Shown: piece by piece, positions 50,520 through 63,809 of the stretch
How positions within the stretch are numbered: the stretch's first letter is position 1
Layout: the number at the start of each line of letters is the position of its first letter
NCBI GenBank assembly: GCA_040954595.2
Contig: CM082591.2
Coordinates: forward strand, 582,518-646,517
Reading direction: 5' to 3'
Length of the DNA: 64,000 nt
From: Balanoglossus misakiensis
Lineage: Eukaryota; Animalia; Hemichordata
Made by a program: the position numbers and the translations under genes
The notes under the pieces: model-generated
Database searches by the model: none
What the model was told of the DNA's origin: nothing
The model's input: only the letters and a program-made list of their open reading frames with translations

Positions 50520-53500
50520 TATTGGTACCACTAAAATGTTAAGTAAAGGTCGGACCGTCTTTATATCTTATCAAATAACATAATCACAGTGACATGTTTA
50601 AGTCTCGAGTATATTTTAAATAGTCTCATAAATGTTCGTGCCATATTGTATTACACAACCAAATTACCTCGTATTTACCAGTATTTGAAGTTAAACGTGG
50701 TTAAGCAAGGTATTTTCGAGTGTTCAGCTGATTCTCAATGATATACAGTGGTAATCAATGATCTCCTGTAGGAAGAGATATGTCTGTAATGACCAGTATA
50801 TGGAACACTGATGAGGGTTCTAATACATTAGCTCAGTGGTGTAATTTGGTGAAAGTAAGATAAAATCTGAAGACGCGGAAAGATGTTGAACAGCTACTGG
50901 GCATTCAATTACTGCCATAGCTTAAAATGTACATAGTTGAACGCTCAAAGTTGCTAATGATACGGGTCTTTGGATGTTGCCTAATCTGGTCTATTGACCG
51001 GCGGTTGTTCGCTACTCTTTTCGTTTTAACGATGCATATTGTGATGAAACTGTAGTCGTTATAGCTGTGCCATTACATCGATGTATTGAGTACATATTGC
51101 CTGTCGCGTCCCTAAGGTCATAGCCCCGAGGCTAACTCAATGGTTAACTCAATGTGGCAAGGGGTAAAACAGATGTTCGTGGCCAACATATATCAATTCT
51201 GACCACAGTCCCTCCCGATACATCAGTTACGTCACATTATGAGGACGGAATGTGTTATCAAATAATTATCTTCTGTTTACATATATTTTCGGAACTCCAT
51301 AGGATTTCCAATTATTTTCAATTAATAACACATCATTCCCCAAAATATATCGGATATTTATACATGTATTAAAAATTCAAATTTACATGTTTGTGTTTCC
51401 CCTTTGTAGTTTGTGCGTTTAGTTGCATAAAATAAAACAATATATTTCAGTCAAATATAAAATCTATGGGAAGTTTAATGAACCGAAGTTTTCCATGCCG
51501 TTGCGTCAGGTTTTTTGCGTTTTTCTGCTGCCCTGGGCCGTCATCTTTGTACTGTAAATATACGGCGTGAAGCCGGTTTTCCCATCATCCAGACTGAAAG
51601 CTTTGCCAACTTGGTCATTTGCAAGTGTTTGGGATAGCTTGTGTGGTTCATAAAAGCATTCCAAAGTAAATGCAGTTCTTAATGCACATGTTTATCAGGG
51701 CCCTTCAACCAAGAACTCAGATGCATTCCCTCGTGTGATATCGTTTCATCTCCAGATCCGTAGCACTTTATATATTACATTAAATGCCATCTGAAAACAT
51801 CAGATAATTCCCGGTATGACATTTCCAATATTAATGTTTAATATATCCTGAGGCATCCAAAGTGGGTGAAATCTTTCATTTTCTTGATCTTCGTCTCGAG
51901 TAACTGAGCTGACAAACATTATGTGTGACAGATGGCTTCTGAGTGAAAACCGTGCAGAGCTGATTAGGCCTATGTGATTCAAGGCAACCTTATAGTTTAG
52001 TGTGTCGCAAAAAGTTGATTTCTAATAAAATTGATCGACGCAAATGACGACTGACATGGCAGAAAGGCCAAACAGTTGGCATGGTAACCGACGAAAAGAC
52101 ACGCGCGCAGACAAATTCGTATAAATTAGGACACGACAATATTTCAGGATTGTAACGACGACGGCTTACAAGACTTATGACAGTCTTCTGTTGGTGTGAG
52201 GAAGTATGTAGACGAGTAGAGCATGATCTTTAAGCTGACATCAGCGGGTCTTGCTGCTTTATACAGTCTGTTTCAGACCCAAAGGATGCAAATCACATCA
52301 TGACAGCCAAGTGAGGCGATATCGTAGAGAAATTGATTGACGCTGATTGTATCGTATCTCAAATGTTCTAGGATAGCATTACCGGTATCGCGTTAAGCCA
52401 TTACGGCAAATTATGGCTGTTTCGACCTTTCTTCGATCGCTTGAAACGCGCGTGACTATTACTCCTTGCGATATCAGAGCCGACATTGTACATTATTGAC
52501 ATTATGCTGCTATAATTCAGAATTGGTATGCAATAGTAATGACAAGGAAATCTAGAAACTTTCATAACAAGAATTCCGAAAGTCTGGCGTGAGTTCGCGA
52601 TCCCATCAGCCGCCATTTTGATTTCATCTATTATGGGATATATCCAGCCTGTTCATTCTGACGGGCATTTCAGCGCACGGTTTCTTCCCATATGGCCACT
52701 AAAAGTAATAAAAGTAAAATTGAAGTATACAAACATGCAGCAAAGGCTAATAATTGTTACCTCACTCTATACCTCAAAGACAACTCAATTTACTGAATGT
52801 AAAATATCGCGATGTAGCGCAATTGATGTTGCCACTAACAACTATTTCACGATGTAAATGATTGCCAAGAACAGTAAGACCATAAGGCGGCTGTCGAATG
52901 AAAAAAATATTTTAAGATTAATTTACAAGAATAATCGTTTGGTGTAATCAGACCACGTATGCTCATGTTGCCTCTATCGCCGCAATAGAATTAACAGATG
53001 GATATCACATGACAATCTCTCCCCTTTCCCTTTAAATAATATAACTAATATTAAATTCCTACCATATACAAATCATATCCATTTATTAAACCCGTGTCAG
53101 GCAAAAGTTTCAAATCTCTAAATCACTTCATATGAATTGCACATTACAATTTGTCATGATATATATGTTTTATATTCTTTATTAAAAATATGCAAACATG
53201 TAAGAAAGCATAAAAATACCACTACACTTCGGTTTTTTTCGCGAGTTTTAATTAACGACAACACATTGAACGTTTTATGCATTCAGGAAGTAAATAACAT
53301 TTCGTTCACACAACATTTTTATAAGAAAAAGGAAAGCTGTAATTAAATACCCTTTCAACTGTGAAATTGATTTAATCATACAGGACAAGGTCAGACCAAC
53401 CTATAGGGAAGGAAATTGTCTCCACGCCACCCTATACCCCATGCGTGTCAAGAAAACGGTTGCGAAAATTGTAGCATTGGAGTGATTGAATGAAAATGGT

Positions 53501-56500
53501 CAATGTTGATTTTGGTATATAATGGTGTTAGTTCTCTCAAGGTTTTAACAGAATCGAAATAATTGAATAAGCACTGCAGTGCCGATGATGACCCACTGTG
53601 TTCAATCATGACCATTCATCGATCAAGGGCGAATGTTGTTACTGGTGCGCATGCACTTTTAGACCAACTAGACTGCAACCTGCCAGTGGTTTATATGGTT
53701 GTATATGACGTACATTGCAAGCGGAACAAGTAAATGATTAGAGAGACTATATTCCCATCACGCTATTGAATTTTGTCTTCACTGCAGGAGCCCTACAGTG
53801 TTTACGGATATTAAATCTTAATACGATTATCTAACTAAATTCCTAGCTGTGAATGTACATCATTTGCCACCCCTGCAGCGACTTTGCTATAATTCAGAGC
53901 AATAAATCGAGTCTATCAATCCTTCATTACCACCAATCAGAGGAAGTGTATAAGTACCGAACAGGTATATACTTTAGAACGACCAGAATATGTCATGTGT
54001 GTGAGGTTTCTCTCGTTAGAATTTAAACCGGATCTGAAAGAATACCACTTTCATTTTTGAAAAACCCCAGGGGAAAAACCCACTGCCTCTGATTGTCTGG
54101 ATAGTGCCTAAAGAGTTTGGGATTTTAATAATCTAAAACGTAGTACATGTAGGTTATTTGCAGAGGTAAGACACCTAATAGCTCATTTTGTATCCCTTTG
54201 GACTTATAAACAATCCCTCCGACCGGCTTATACGTTTTAATCTTAATATCTGCTGCAGGCTTTCGTGCGATTTTATTTCATGATCTTTAAGTTTTCTTTT
54301 TCAAATCTGTTTGGTTTCTGGTTACACTACCTGGACCTCTTACAAGCGTACCCGGTTATTAAAGGACCTATGATAATAACAAAAACAGGCACCCGGAGAT
54401 TACAGGAGAACGTTCAGTCAAACAGAACAATTTTGTTGAACGGTAGCACATAGTTTCCCGTCCGAATCTCAACAATTACGACGACCTTGTTGATCAAAGT
54501 GTAACAAGTGCAATAATAGCTGTAATAAGCCGACGTGAGGGCGCCACCTTACGGGTCTTAGCCCAATCTGTCTTAGGCTGATTCCAATCTTACCCCACTC
54601 AGCACAGTTTAGATTTAAGGTCTCAGTCAAAATGACTCAGTCAAAGTCCATGTCTTGACAAGAATGTAATTTCCGGGCAAAGCACATGACGGTAATCTTC
54701 GCCGTCATTAACGTCATTGCAGCAGAAAAATGTGTCAGTAGTTGTCATTAAGAATGTAAAACAAGATACCAAGACTGACTTGTCATGAGTTTTCTTTGCG
54801 AGTGATACTAAGCTGATAGGAGATAACCTTTTCTACGTAGTTGCTTCTCCGATATGGTGACAGTGTGGTACAACCCGTGATATTGATGTTAAAGCGCCAC
54901 ATGTAGCTCAGACAGATTTTGCCTTTGTTTGTGATTGTCCTCAGCTAGTATCACGTAATGGTTGTATTGAGGGCGCCCTCAGATTTGTAAACTGGTGTGA
55001 CACTTGCACAGAAAAAAATGTTCGAATGCCATTAAAACATCGATATGCGCGAAAATTGTGTTAAACGGCCCAAAAGGTATAATTTTGGTTAAACTCTGGA
55101 CATAGTCTAGTTTTATAAAAAGGAATATGTGAAAAAGTGCTATGTATACCTTTATAGGGTTTTATTGTATTCCGATATTATTGATCGGGAGAGTAGTATT
55201 GTCATGACAATCAACTGATGGTCCATGACTAGACAGTATATTAAAAAATGACAATATTGCTTTATCTTTGAAAAGGAGAGATAATTAAATTGGCTGTTAT
55301 GAGATGTAAGCCTAGGTTTCCACTTAATTGTGCTTTTTCAAATGGTTTCAGTCACATGGAACTGTCTGTTCATTAATATCACATCGTGCAATCTAATCTA
55401 ACCGAAATACTAATTATCTATTTAGTATACCACGACCTGCCCAGTCGCTTTGACAAAAGTAGCTCGAATATTCTTCTACGCAAAAAATCCATACCCAGAT
55501 GTCGCTGTCATTTAATGCCAATATTTATTATACCATAAGAGTATAAACCTTGCCAGTTGTCGATACGATTATTTACAGGCAGGGGTTAAGCCCTTGGAAG
55601 TTCTTCGATCTGTGCTACGAGTGGAATAATTAGGGTCGGTTGTCAATTTAAAAAGATGGCCAGATCTATCGAAAACAGAAGAAATGTCACTGAAACGTCA
55701 GATTCCAACGCGGCAGTATGACCTGTGACAACTCTTTCCAACCATGTTAACAGCTCAATATTTCCTCCATGTGTTTTCAAGGCTGCCCACTACAAGTGTC
55801 ACGATCTCGCACAAAACACACAATAGAGCGAGCGCGACCAGATATTTGAATTATTGTGCAGAAGGCGCCACATTGAATGCTGAGCATAAGCCTATTCACA
55901 TGCAAATAGTTTTCAGGTCACCATGTGGTGACATATTCAAAGCTTATCTCATTATGAATGGCAACAGACACTGCTTTTCAAGGTGTCAAATTATAAACAG
56001 AAATTGATGTTAATCGTGACGATATAAGGACAAATAATAGTGAAAGAGCTGGTGAAATGTATAACAGTTTACCAATGAACCGTACTTTTAGACGGCATTT
56101 AACCAGCGGCCGCGCATGCCGCAGTAAAAATGGCGAACGAACGGGGATGGGAAATCTCAATAAATGTCCTGTCCATCACAGTTCCCCCCTCAGGCAACAT
56201 TGACATTCTTGATCAGTGATTAAGACCTGCACTATAGGCTTGGCGGGAAGTTGACTGGAAGCTTGGCATGGACTCGACACTTGTGGCAATTCTCGTCCCA
56301 TGGAGTTTAGAGTAGACGTGAACTGTCAACAAAATGTCGTCTGCAAATTTGATTAGTATTTGACCGGCGGCGAAATGGCAGGAAACTGACAGACCATTAC
56401 GTACAAAAATTAAACTATGTTATTGATGTCTATTTCTATATAGATCATTTCGATTAGTGTTTCAACTCTCGCTAATTACACGATGGAAATCAATTGTATA

Positions 56501-57419
56501 GCTCTGTAACATCAACGGAGCGGATGTTTTAAATCTTACAACCTTAACTTTCCGTCACATAAAAGGAAAGAGCGGAAATTTATGGCACATTCGAAGCCGC
56601 AGGGGACTAAGTTGTTTGAAAGTTAAATCTGAAGTTATTCCGTACTCGGTCATTTCTCATTCGCTAATATTCCCACACGTGGCATAAATAACTTTGGAAG
56701 ATTTGTAGATTGGAACGTTTCATATACTATATTCAGTCAGTCAGTCTGTCAGGCAGACTGAAACGGGCAGGAATCGATTCCTTGAGGACCTGTTGATTTG
56801 ATAGACCATGAAGGGACGCGAGCAGCACTGGCCAATAATTATGAAGTCTTTGCCACAAGAAAGCTATTTGTCAGAGGACTCGTTTCTCCTTGATTCGGAG
56901 TGCCATGAACGCGATTAATCTTGTCAAGTGTCAAGTGACTTTTATGATATATTCGTCGATGATTTACTATTAACCTGTATTTCAGTACGACTGAATTTCA
57001 TTTCGATAGTATTCAGCAAAAAACAGTAACAACGGCCTACAATCAGGTCTGTAAACCGACCTGTTCAACCAAAAATTCATGGACATTTCTGGAAATATTG
57101 AGCAATTTAAAATATTGTCACATTACATATATACAAGCCTTATATTCATCACTGTACATCGTTACCATGACGACATGGACACGCCTGCGCACAAGAGAGA
57201 CGGTGTACGTGATTCCTACATACACCATTGTGACCCACACACTACTAATTTCCGGCACTTTTGAATAAAAGCGATAGTTTTAGCGCCTGGGCTTACAAAA
57301 CCCCGTGACGGTAGGAAATCCTCTGTCGTTAATTTAAGCGGACGTCAACCTTTGTATGAATTCGAACAGAGCTGGTGCAGAGTTAAACTGTTTTCTGTCA
57401 CGTGTCACATGAGAATGTC

Positions 57420-57487
57420 CTCCCATAAAAGCTGACCAGCCATGTGAAATCTCGCAAGGTCTCGTCCAGCTCAGAAAATGGTCTATT
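57420..57487 (+). mobile_element. Dispersed repeat end (MITE-like), copy 2
   Basis: Homologous to 41341-41399; ends in the same GAAAATGGTCTATT. Confidence 0.5.
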
Positions 57488-58409
57488 CTGGCACTCTCTC
57501 CGATGCGGTTCGCAACATTGTAGGCAAGCCATGAACAAGCAAGTAGACATGCGCGGGAAAGAATGTTCAGTCCGGTCAGCAGTAAGAGTGATTTACTGAG
57601 CAGCAGTAATAGGACTGGCCTTTAAAATTATGGGATGTCACTGCAAGGCGAATAGAAATCCTAGTTTTCAATGCATTTAATCCACGACCACTCATCTTTC
57701 TCAATAATTGATTTTCTCTCAGGGTAATTACAATAGCCTGTGGCAACAAGAGGTTCAGGGGTAGACATTGTTAACAGGGTCGGCAGAGGGCATTATCTTG
57801 CCAATAACTCGAGAGTCCAATGGGCCCCTTTCTGATAATACCGTTGCTGAATACTTGCACCTGATGTCGTGTGTTTGATGTAACAGGCTATTTAGCTCCT
57901 GTCTTTTAACCAGCTAGCCACGTAACATCAAACTTGACGTAAACTCATAAAAGTGTCCATCATATGTTTCTGATATTCATAAAATTTGTTGGTATTTTTG
58001 CTGGTTTGTATTTCGTTTTGTATAAACCATGGCCACACGTTGCACCATCTGTACACAGGGATCTCTCGTTTTAACAAGATAAAGTCTCGCTTATTCTATA
58101 ACAAACCTTCGTCCACATATGACACCAGATTAAACTGATGTCAAACCCTTTTAATAACAAAACATTCACAATACTACAGCTTTCAATCCACTTTAAGTAA
58201 TGAGAGCTTTTTCTTTATCACAAGTATAAAAACAGCGGTGACAGGTCGGAAGTGTTGAAACATTAATTGTCGACATAAATGTTCAAACTTACCCGGCTTT
58301 ACCTGACGTGTTCAATACATGGTTTCCTGCTTGTGAAACAATTTAATTTGTCGTAAAAAAACTTGTTGTTTTGCACTGGTTTAATTACAATTCCAATCCC
58401 ATGAGAACA

Positions 58410-58644
58410 AGTTCTCTACATGGCAACACACCTCGCTTGTGTGTCGTCGACACGCGGTCCAATCACGTCGCGCGTGTGTAGTCACGTGGCAAAGGTGAGG
58501 ACTCAATTTAACAAAATCTTGCGCGCGTTCCTGACGATAGCGACAGTGGCAGTTTCCCGCGCTCACACACGAAAGGAATAGCTACGCCTGTGTCTGAACC
58601 AAAACTCTGCGGACGACTATAAGTGTAGGCAGAAGGCACAAACC
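58410..58644 (+). promoter_or_regulatory. Candidate proximal promoter of GPCR-3
   Basis: CpG-rich; half X-box CATGGCAAC at about 58419, CCAAT at 58459, GTCACGTGG at 58481, TATAAG at 58618, strong Kozak context aaccATGG. Confidence 0.4.
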
Positions 58645-59826
58645 ATGGGCGAGACTGGAGACGAATGGAACATCAGCTGGTACAGCGATTCCAGTGGCAA
58701 TGACTCTGACTATAGAAATCCTCCATTCCGGCCACAAGACGGCTTGGTCGCTGCCGTTCTCTTCATCATAATGATCGTGACGGTGGCCGGCAATGTGTTG
58801 ACTCTGACGTCATTTCTGGTGGACGACAAACTGAGAATGAATATCAGCAACTGGTATCTTGTGAACTTGTCGTGCGCTGATCTTCTGGTCGGTTGCATCT
58901 CCTTACCATTCAACCTGATCTCGTACATTAGACCCTACGACTGGGCACTCAGCGAAGGTGTTTGCAAGTTCTACCTCACAGTCGATTTGATCGCTACCTG
59001 GGAGTCGATAGCGGCAATCATATTGATCAGCCTAGACCGGTACTGGCTTCTCACTAGAGAATTGCAGTACAAGATGAAACAGAACCAGAAACAGACGGCG
59101 AGTCTGTGCGGACTGACTTGGCTCCTGATTGGAGTGGCCGCGCTCTTTCTCATCTGGGGTTTCCCTGAATGGACCCCGAATGAATTCATCGAATATGAGC
59201 ATTATTGTGACTTTGAATTTCTGTACCACATGTCAACCGGCGTGGCGTATTCAGTGATATCGTTCTTCATTCCCATGGGCGCCCTGGTGTTTCTGAACAC
59301 CCGAGTGTTCCTTAACGTCCGCAAGAGGAGCCAGAAAACATCGCCGTCCAACTGGGAGCTCACCATGACGGCAGCGTCGTCAGTGGCGCAGACGGCCGGG
59401 GATATATCACCGATCCCCGGGCATACTCGCAAAGCACAGCCAGCAGCCAAAGCTAACGCTCCCCCGATGAATACGGTGAACGATATGGCGCATGGGTCCA
59501 ACAGCAATATTAATTCTCGTGAACAGACGACAAATAATCGAGCCAACGGACGATCCAATTCATCTGGGCAGGAGAAAAAATACATAAAAACAGCAAAAGT
59601 TCTTTTAATTATTGTCGGGGCATATGTGGTTTGTTGGGCGCCCTATAACATGGCTCTGTTAATCACTCATTTCTGTGAAGATTCGTGTATACCTGATATT
59701 GTGTGGACGATATCGCTGCGACTGTTGTGGTTCAACTCGGCTCTCAATCCTTTCCTGTACGCCTGGGGCAACACACGCATCCGACAAAACTTCAAGAAAT
59801 TACTCCTATGCCGAACATGCAAATGA
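58645..59826 (+). CDS. Class A aminergic GPCR, H3/H4-like paralog (GPCR-3), single coding exon, 393 aa
   Basis: Motifs GN, LSCAD, D3.32 in LTVDLIAT, DRY, CDFEF, SFFIP, CWAPYN, LLWFNSALNPFLY. Confidence 0.92.
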   Translation: MGETGDEWNISWYSDSSGNDSDYRNPPFRPQDGLVAAVLFIIMIVTVAGNVLTLTSFLVDDKLRMNISNWYLVNLSCADLLVGCISLPFNLISYIRPYDWALSEGVCKFYLTVDLIATWESIAAIILISLDRYWLLTRELQYKMKQNQKQTASLCGLTWLLIGVAALFLIWGFPEWTPNEFIEYEHYCDFEFLYHMSTGVAYSVISFFIPMGALVFLNTRVFLNVRKRSQKTSPSNWELTMTAASSVAQTAGDISPIPGHTRKAQPAAKANAPPMNTVNDMAHGSNSNINSREQTTNNRANGRSNSSGQEKKYIKTAKVLLIIVGAYVVCWAPYNMALLITHFCEDSCIPDIVWTISLRLLWFNSALNPFLYAWGNTRIRQNFKKLLLCRTCK

Positions 59827-62596
59827 GTGTGCACCCGAACAAGTTTTCGCGCCTAAAAACTCACATTTGCAGGAATGTGTACTTTTAACATATTCATTGA
59901 TCTGCAGTTCAGTGAAAACAATCTCGATAATTCCGCGCCATCTGTTTGACAGTTGATTGGTCCGAGTCGAAGTTATGCTTCGATTGTGAAGAACAAAGAG
60001 CGGATTGTTTACAATCGATGTAATTTGCATAACGCTGATCAGTCAGCCGACCAACCAAGCAAATCATATTGGTTGATCGTATACCAACTCTAAGAGTGGT
60101 CAGTACATTTGTCTCTTCTTGGTTTTCCAAGAATTCAGTTAAACCAGTTATCACAATGATAGATACATACAAAATATAGTTGACTGCTGTCGACCGTAGT
60201 CTGTACCTCAGCTCAGATAGTCCTAGGCTAATTACTGTTGAAAAGCAGTAGACTAATATCACTAAATATGATTGCATTCAGTGGATAAATTAAATACACA
60301 CGTCATTCATTTTATTGTATAAATGTTATAATGCAATTGCTGATGGTAATAACAGGTTGTGTGGCTGGGTGAACGATTGGGATTAATTGCGTAATGGTGA
60401 ACTGTGTGGCCTGTTGCCTGCACTCGCGTTTAAAAGGAGACTCCCTGCATTGTCGCTGATCAAAGTGTAGACGTCTATCACACGTAATGTTTGACATCAA
60501 CGACACAGGTTTTTTGTTCGCCAATTTCTGAAGAAAGAGAGTGAATACAGCGTAAATAATGTCGTGCCTTGTTCATTGTAAATCCTTTCAAAGCATCCAT
60601 ACTTAAATCTAAAGCACACACAAATTGCTCATTTTACGGCTAATATAATGTAACAAGTGAACAAGTGGACTTATTGGTCTTTTGTGTCCAGCTATCGCAA
60701 ATAGATTACTATTCAAGCCAACAATTTAAAACTCCTACATTTCAAGGTCGAAGCACATTTCACATTCTGCTGACTGAAACGCAATGTGAAAGTTTTGGTT
60801 CTTATTCTAAAAGCATCCTACGTGAAAAGAAGTAACATAAAAAAACACCGGATGTTTTCTGCAACGACATAACGTTTGGATTAAATGATATATAAAATTA
60901 GCCTTTTCAGTCACTTCACTTTAGCCCCCTTAACGTCAGCACAGGGTAAGAATTTTTTCTCGAATCTACAGAATAACGTGTTTATTTATCAGCAACGATT
61001 ATTGTAGTGAAGGTGAAATGTTGTGTGTACATTGACGTGTTTGAATACTAATGGTGAAGCCAGTTGAAAGAAGTATATTGATAAGCTTACTAATATAAAA
61101 TGATTTTTGACATATGTGCAATTTACATTTGTCGGCAGACACCTTATTGTAAATGTAGTTTTATGACTGGGAGACGAGAGATTAACCTACTATTTGTCAA
61201 ACTTGTCGTGAAAACTGAAAAATTAAACAGTGTGAATTGAATGATACCTGTAGTGTTGGTTCTACAGACATGTACTTCGTATTGTTCGTGAGCTGTTTAA
61301 TCGCCTATGTCGTGTATGGGAATGTAATTTGGACTAGAGTTCTGCACCATCTGTTTGTTCATGCGAAACAAAATTTGCATAATGCTATGTCAAGCCACGA
61401 CGGTACAGGCATTTATTTGAGTGATCGTACGTTAACTACTCTCACACTGATATTAAAAAATAAACCGACCAGCCGAGTTACTTCATGCGCTTGTTAAAAT
61501 CAACACAAATTGTACATATATTACAGTTTACATTAAAAATATATTTCCATCTGAAGCTTTGATCATCTTATTTTTTCTCAGACACATCTCCCCATGCATG
61601 GACGGCCTTGATTTTTTTTCTGAATAATTATTTATTAATTATCCCCAATATGTATGTTTACCCACTGACCCGCCCGTCTGCATGTCTGTCCGTCTGTCTG
61701 TTTTAATGAAATCCTCTCTGAACTTAAATTTATGGGAGCAGCTAGTTTTCTACTAGGAATGCATGATTTGTTCGTCTACCCAGAAAGAGAATCATACTTT
61801 ATGACAGACATAGTTGCAGACAGACAGGCAGACACTGAGATAGACGGACGGGGTAGAAAGTCATACCAAGAGAATATCGACATGTTTATTATACCAAAAA
61901 AACGGAATTAAATGTCAGAATATGAGTGAACCTATCTGAATAGCGGCGCTTTGGGTTTGCTTTCGACGTTTCACTCAATTTCACCACGCCTCGGAAGGGG
62001 AAGTTTGTGAACGATGTTTACTATTTTAACAGCTGCCTCATGCAGAAGGAGGAAGTTAGAACTACGCTACTTTTCACTTCATATTCTTCCCCTTTTATCT
62101 GAGCATAAATAAATGTATATGTGTATTTGTGTGCCATATAGATTGCTGTGACAGTCCCTGCTATTTTTTTTCTTATAGTGTGCAGACATAATTGCGCGGG
62201 AAGATATACCAACAGAGAAAAATATCCTCACAATTATCAAAGGTACGTAGTTACATCTTACAATATTTTCTCATACGACTATATTCTGTTCCCGTGTAAA
62301 AAAACACGCTTTTTACATACTACTGTAAATTATTAAATTTTCCACGTAAAAGAGAACCAGAGATGTGATATTTTTCAGTAACCATGTATCAGGTGTAATT
62401 GTACAAAATGCTTTATATCAAGGTCATCTTGAGAAGACAGATGCTAGGCAGTATGTGTCAAGGTATATGTCATAAATCAAAGGATTTGTTCTCAAGTCTA
62501 TAATTTATACATCTTTATCTTTTTCTGGTTGCAGAGATACATCTTAAGAAACGTTTGACATCATAGTTGTAATATCGGTGCCTTATTGAAGAAACT

Positions 62597-62618
62597 ATGA
62601 ACAGTGTTCTACCTGCAG
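62597..62618 (+). CDS. SAM/Pointed-domain protein, first coding micro-segment (exon 62535-62618)
   Basis: Acceptor ttttctggttgcag| at 62534, in-frame upstream TAA, then MNSVLPA+G and phase-1 donor G|GTGCGT. Splices to 63810 to give LPA-D-PRDW. Confidence 0.7.
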
Positions 62619-63630
62619 GTGCGTATTCAATTAATGTAATTTACTTAATTGGTTAATTAACACGGGCTAATTTAAATTAAACCGCAATCAGCCGGAATAG
62701 ATTTTCTTATTAAACTATGCATGATATAGTTTATTAGAACCAAGTTTGTCATCATATAAAAATAATGTAATCGATATTGAATTCAATTCCGCTTTTTTTC
62801 TCTTTTCGATGTCAGATTGACTTTAGGGGAATAACCGGGTGGCTTTAACATTAATGACGAATGAATTTGTCGGTAGTTAACATCGTCAAATTGAAAATAA
62901 ATTCATTAAATCATTATAACCTTCACATCATTCATGACGACTATTACCAACAAGGATATTTATATTACAGATCACAACGAGAAACTAGCTCTAATTTGAG
63001 TTTATTTTTTTTTCTTTAATCTGAGTATCATATTTAAAAGAATTCGTAAACATAGGGACCTGGGAATTGTATTAAGGTTTAATAGAAGGTTCAAATCTCG
63101 TAATTATTTAATGCTCTCTGTGTGAACTAGCGCAAACCCGTCACGACAAAGAGCAAATCTAATTGATTCATTAATTGCAGTGAAAATCCGCTTTCCCCTT
63201 TTATCTGTTGCCAAAATGACAAATGAGTAAATCCAGATGTGGCTGCAAAACGTTTTATTTACACAAAGGTGTACGTGGCTATTAAAGTGACATTCATTTG
63301 ACAGTGTGTAGGTAATGGTGTCGAATAATAGAGCGTTTAAAATGCGTCAATACTAGACGTCATAATAATCACTATAGCTAGCAGGGTAATGAGACGCAAA
63401 AATAACATTTTGCAGACTTAGCAACATCGTTTTATATTTAGCGAACAGTAAACACTGATATTTGCACGCGTGCGCGATTTTATGAACTCTCGTCAAAGTA
63501 ATCATTGCAGCTGTTGTCTGCAAGCAGATTTCGTAGGCACAAGCATGGGCGAAAGTAAAATCGCTCTACATAATTTGACGTCACTCATACAAGGCAGTTA
63601 ATCATTACATCATTTTTCGCTGTTAAATCA

Positions 63631-63766
<136 letters not shown>

Positions 63767-63809
63767 GTCTTTCTGCTTATTTCTTTGTCTGTTTGACTTT
63801 CCAAAAAAG

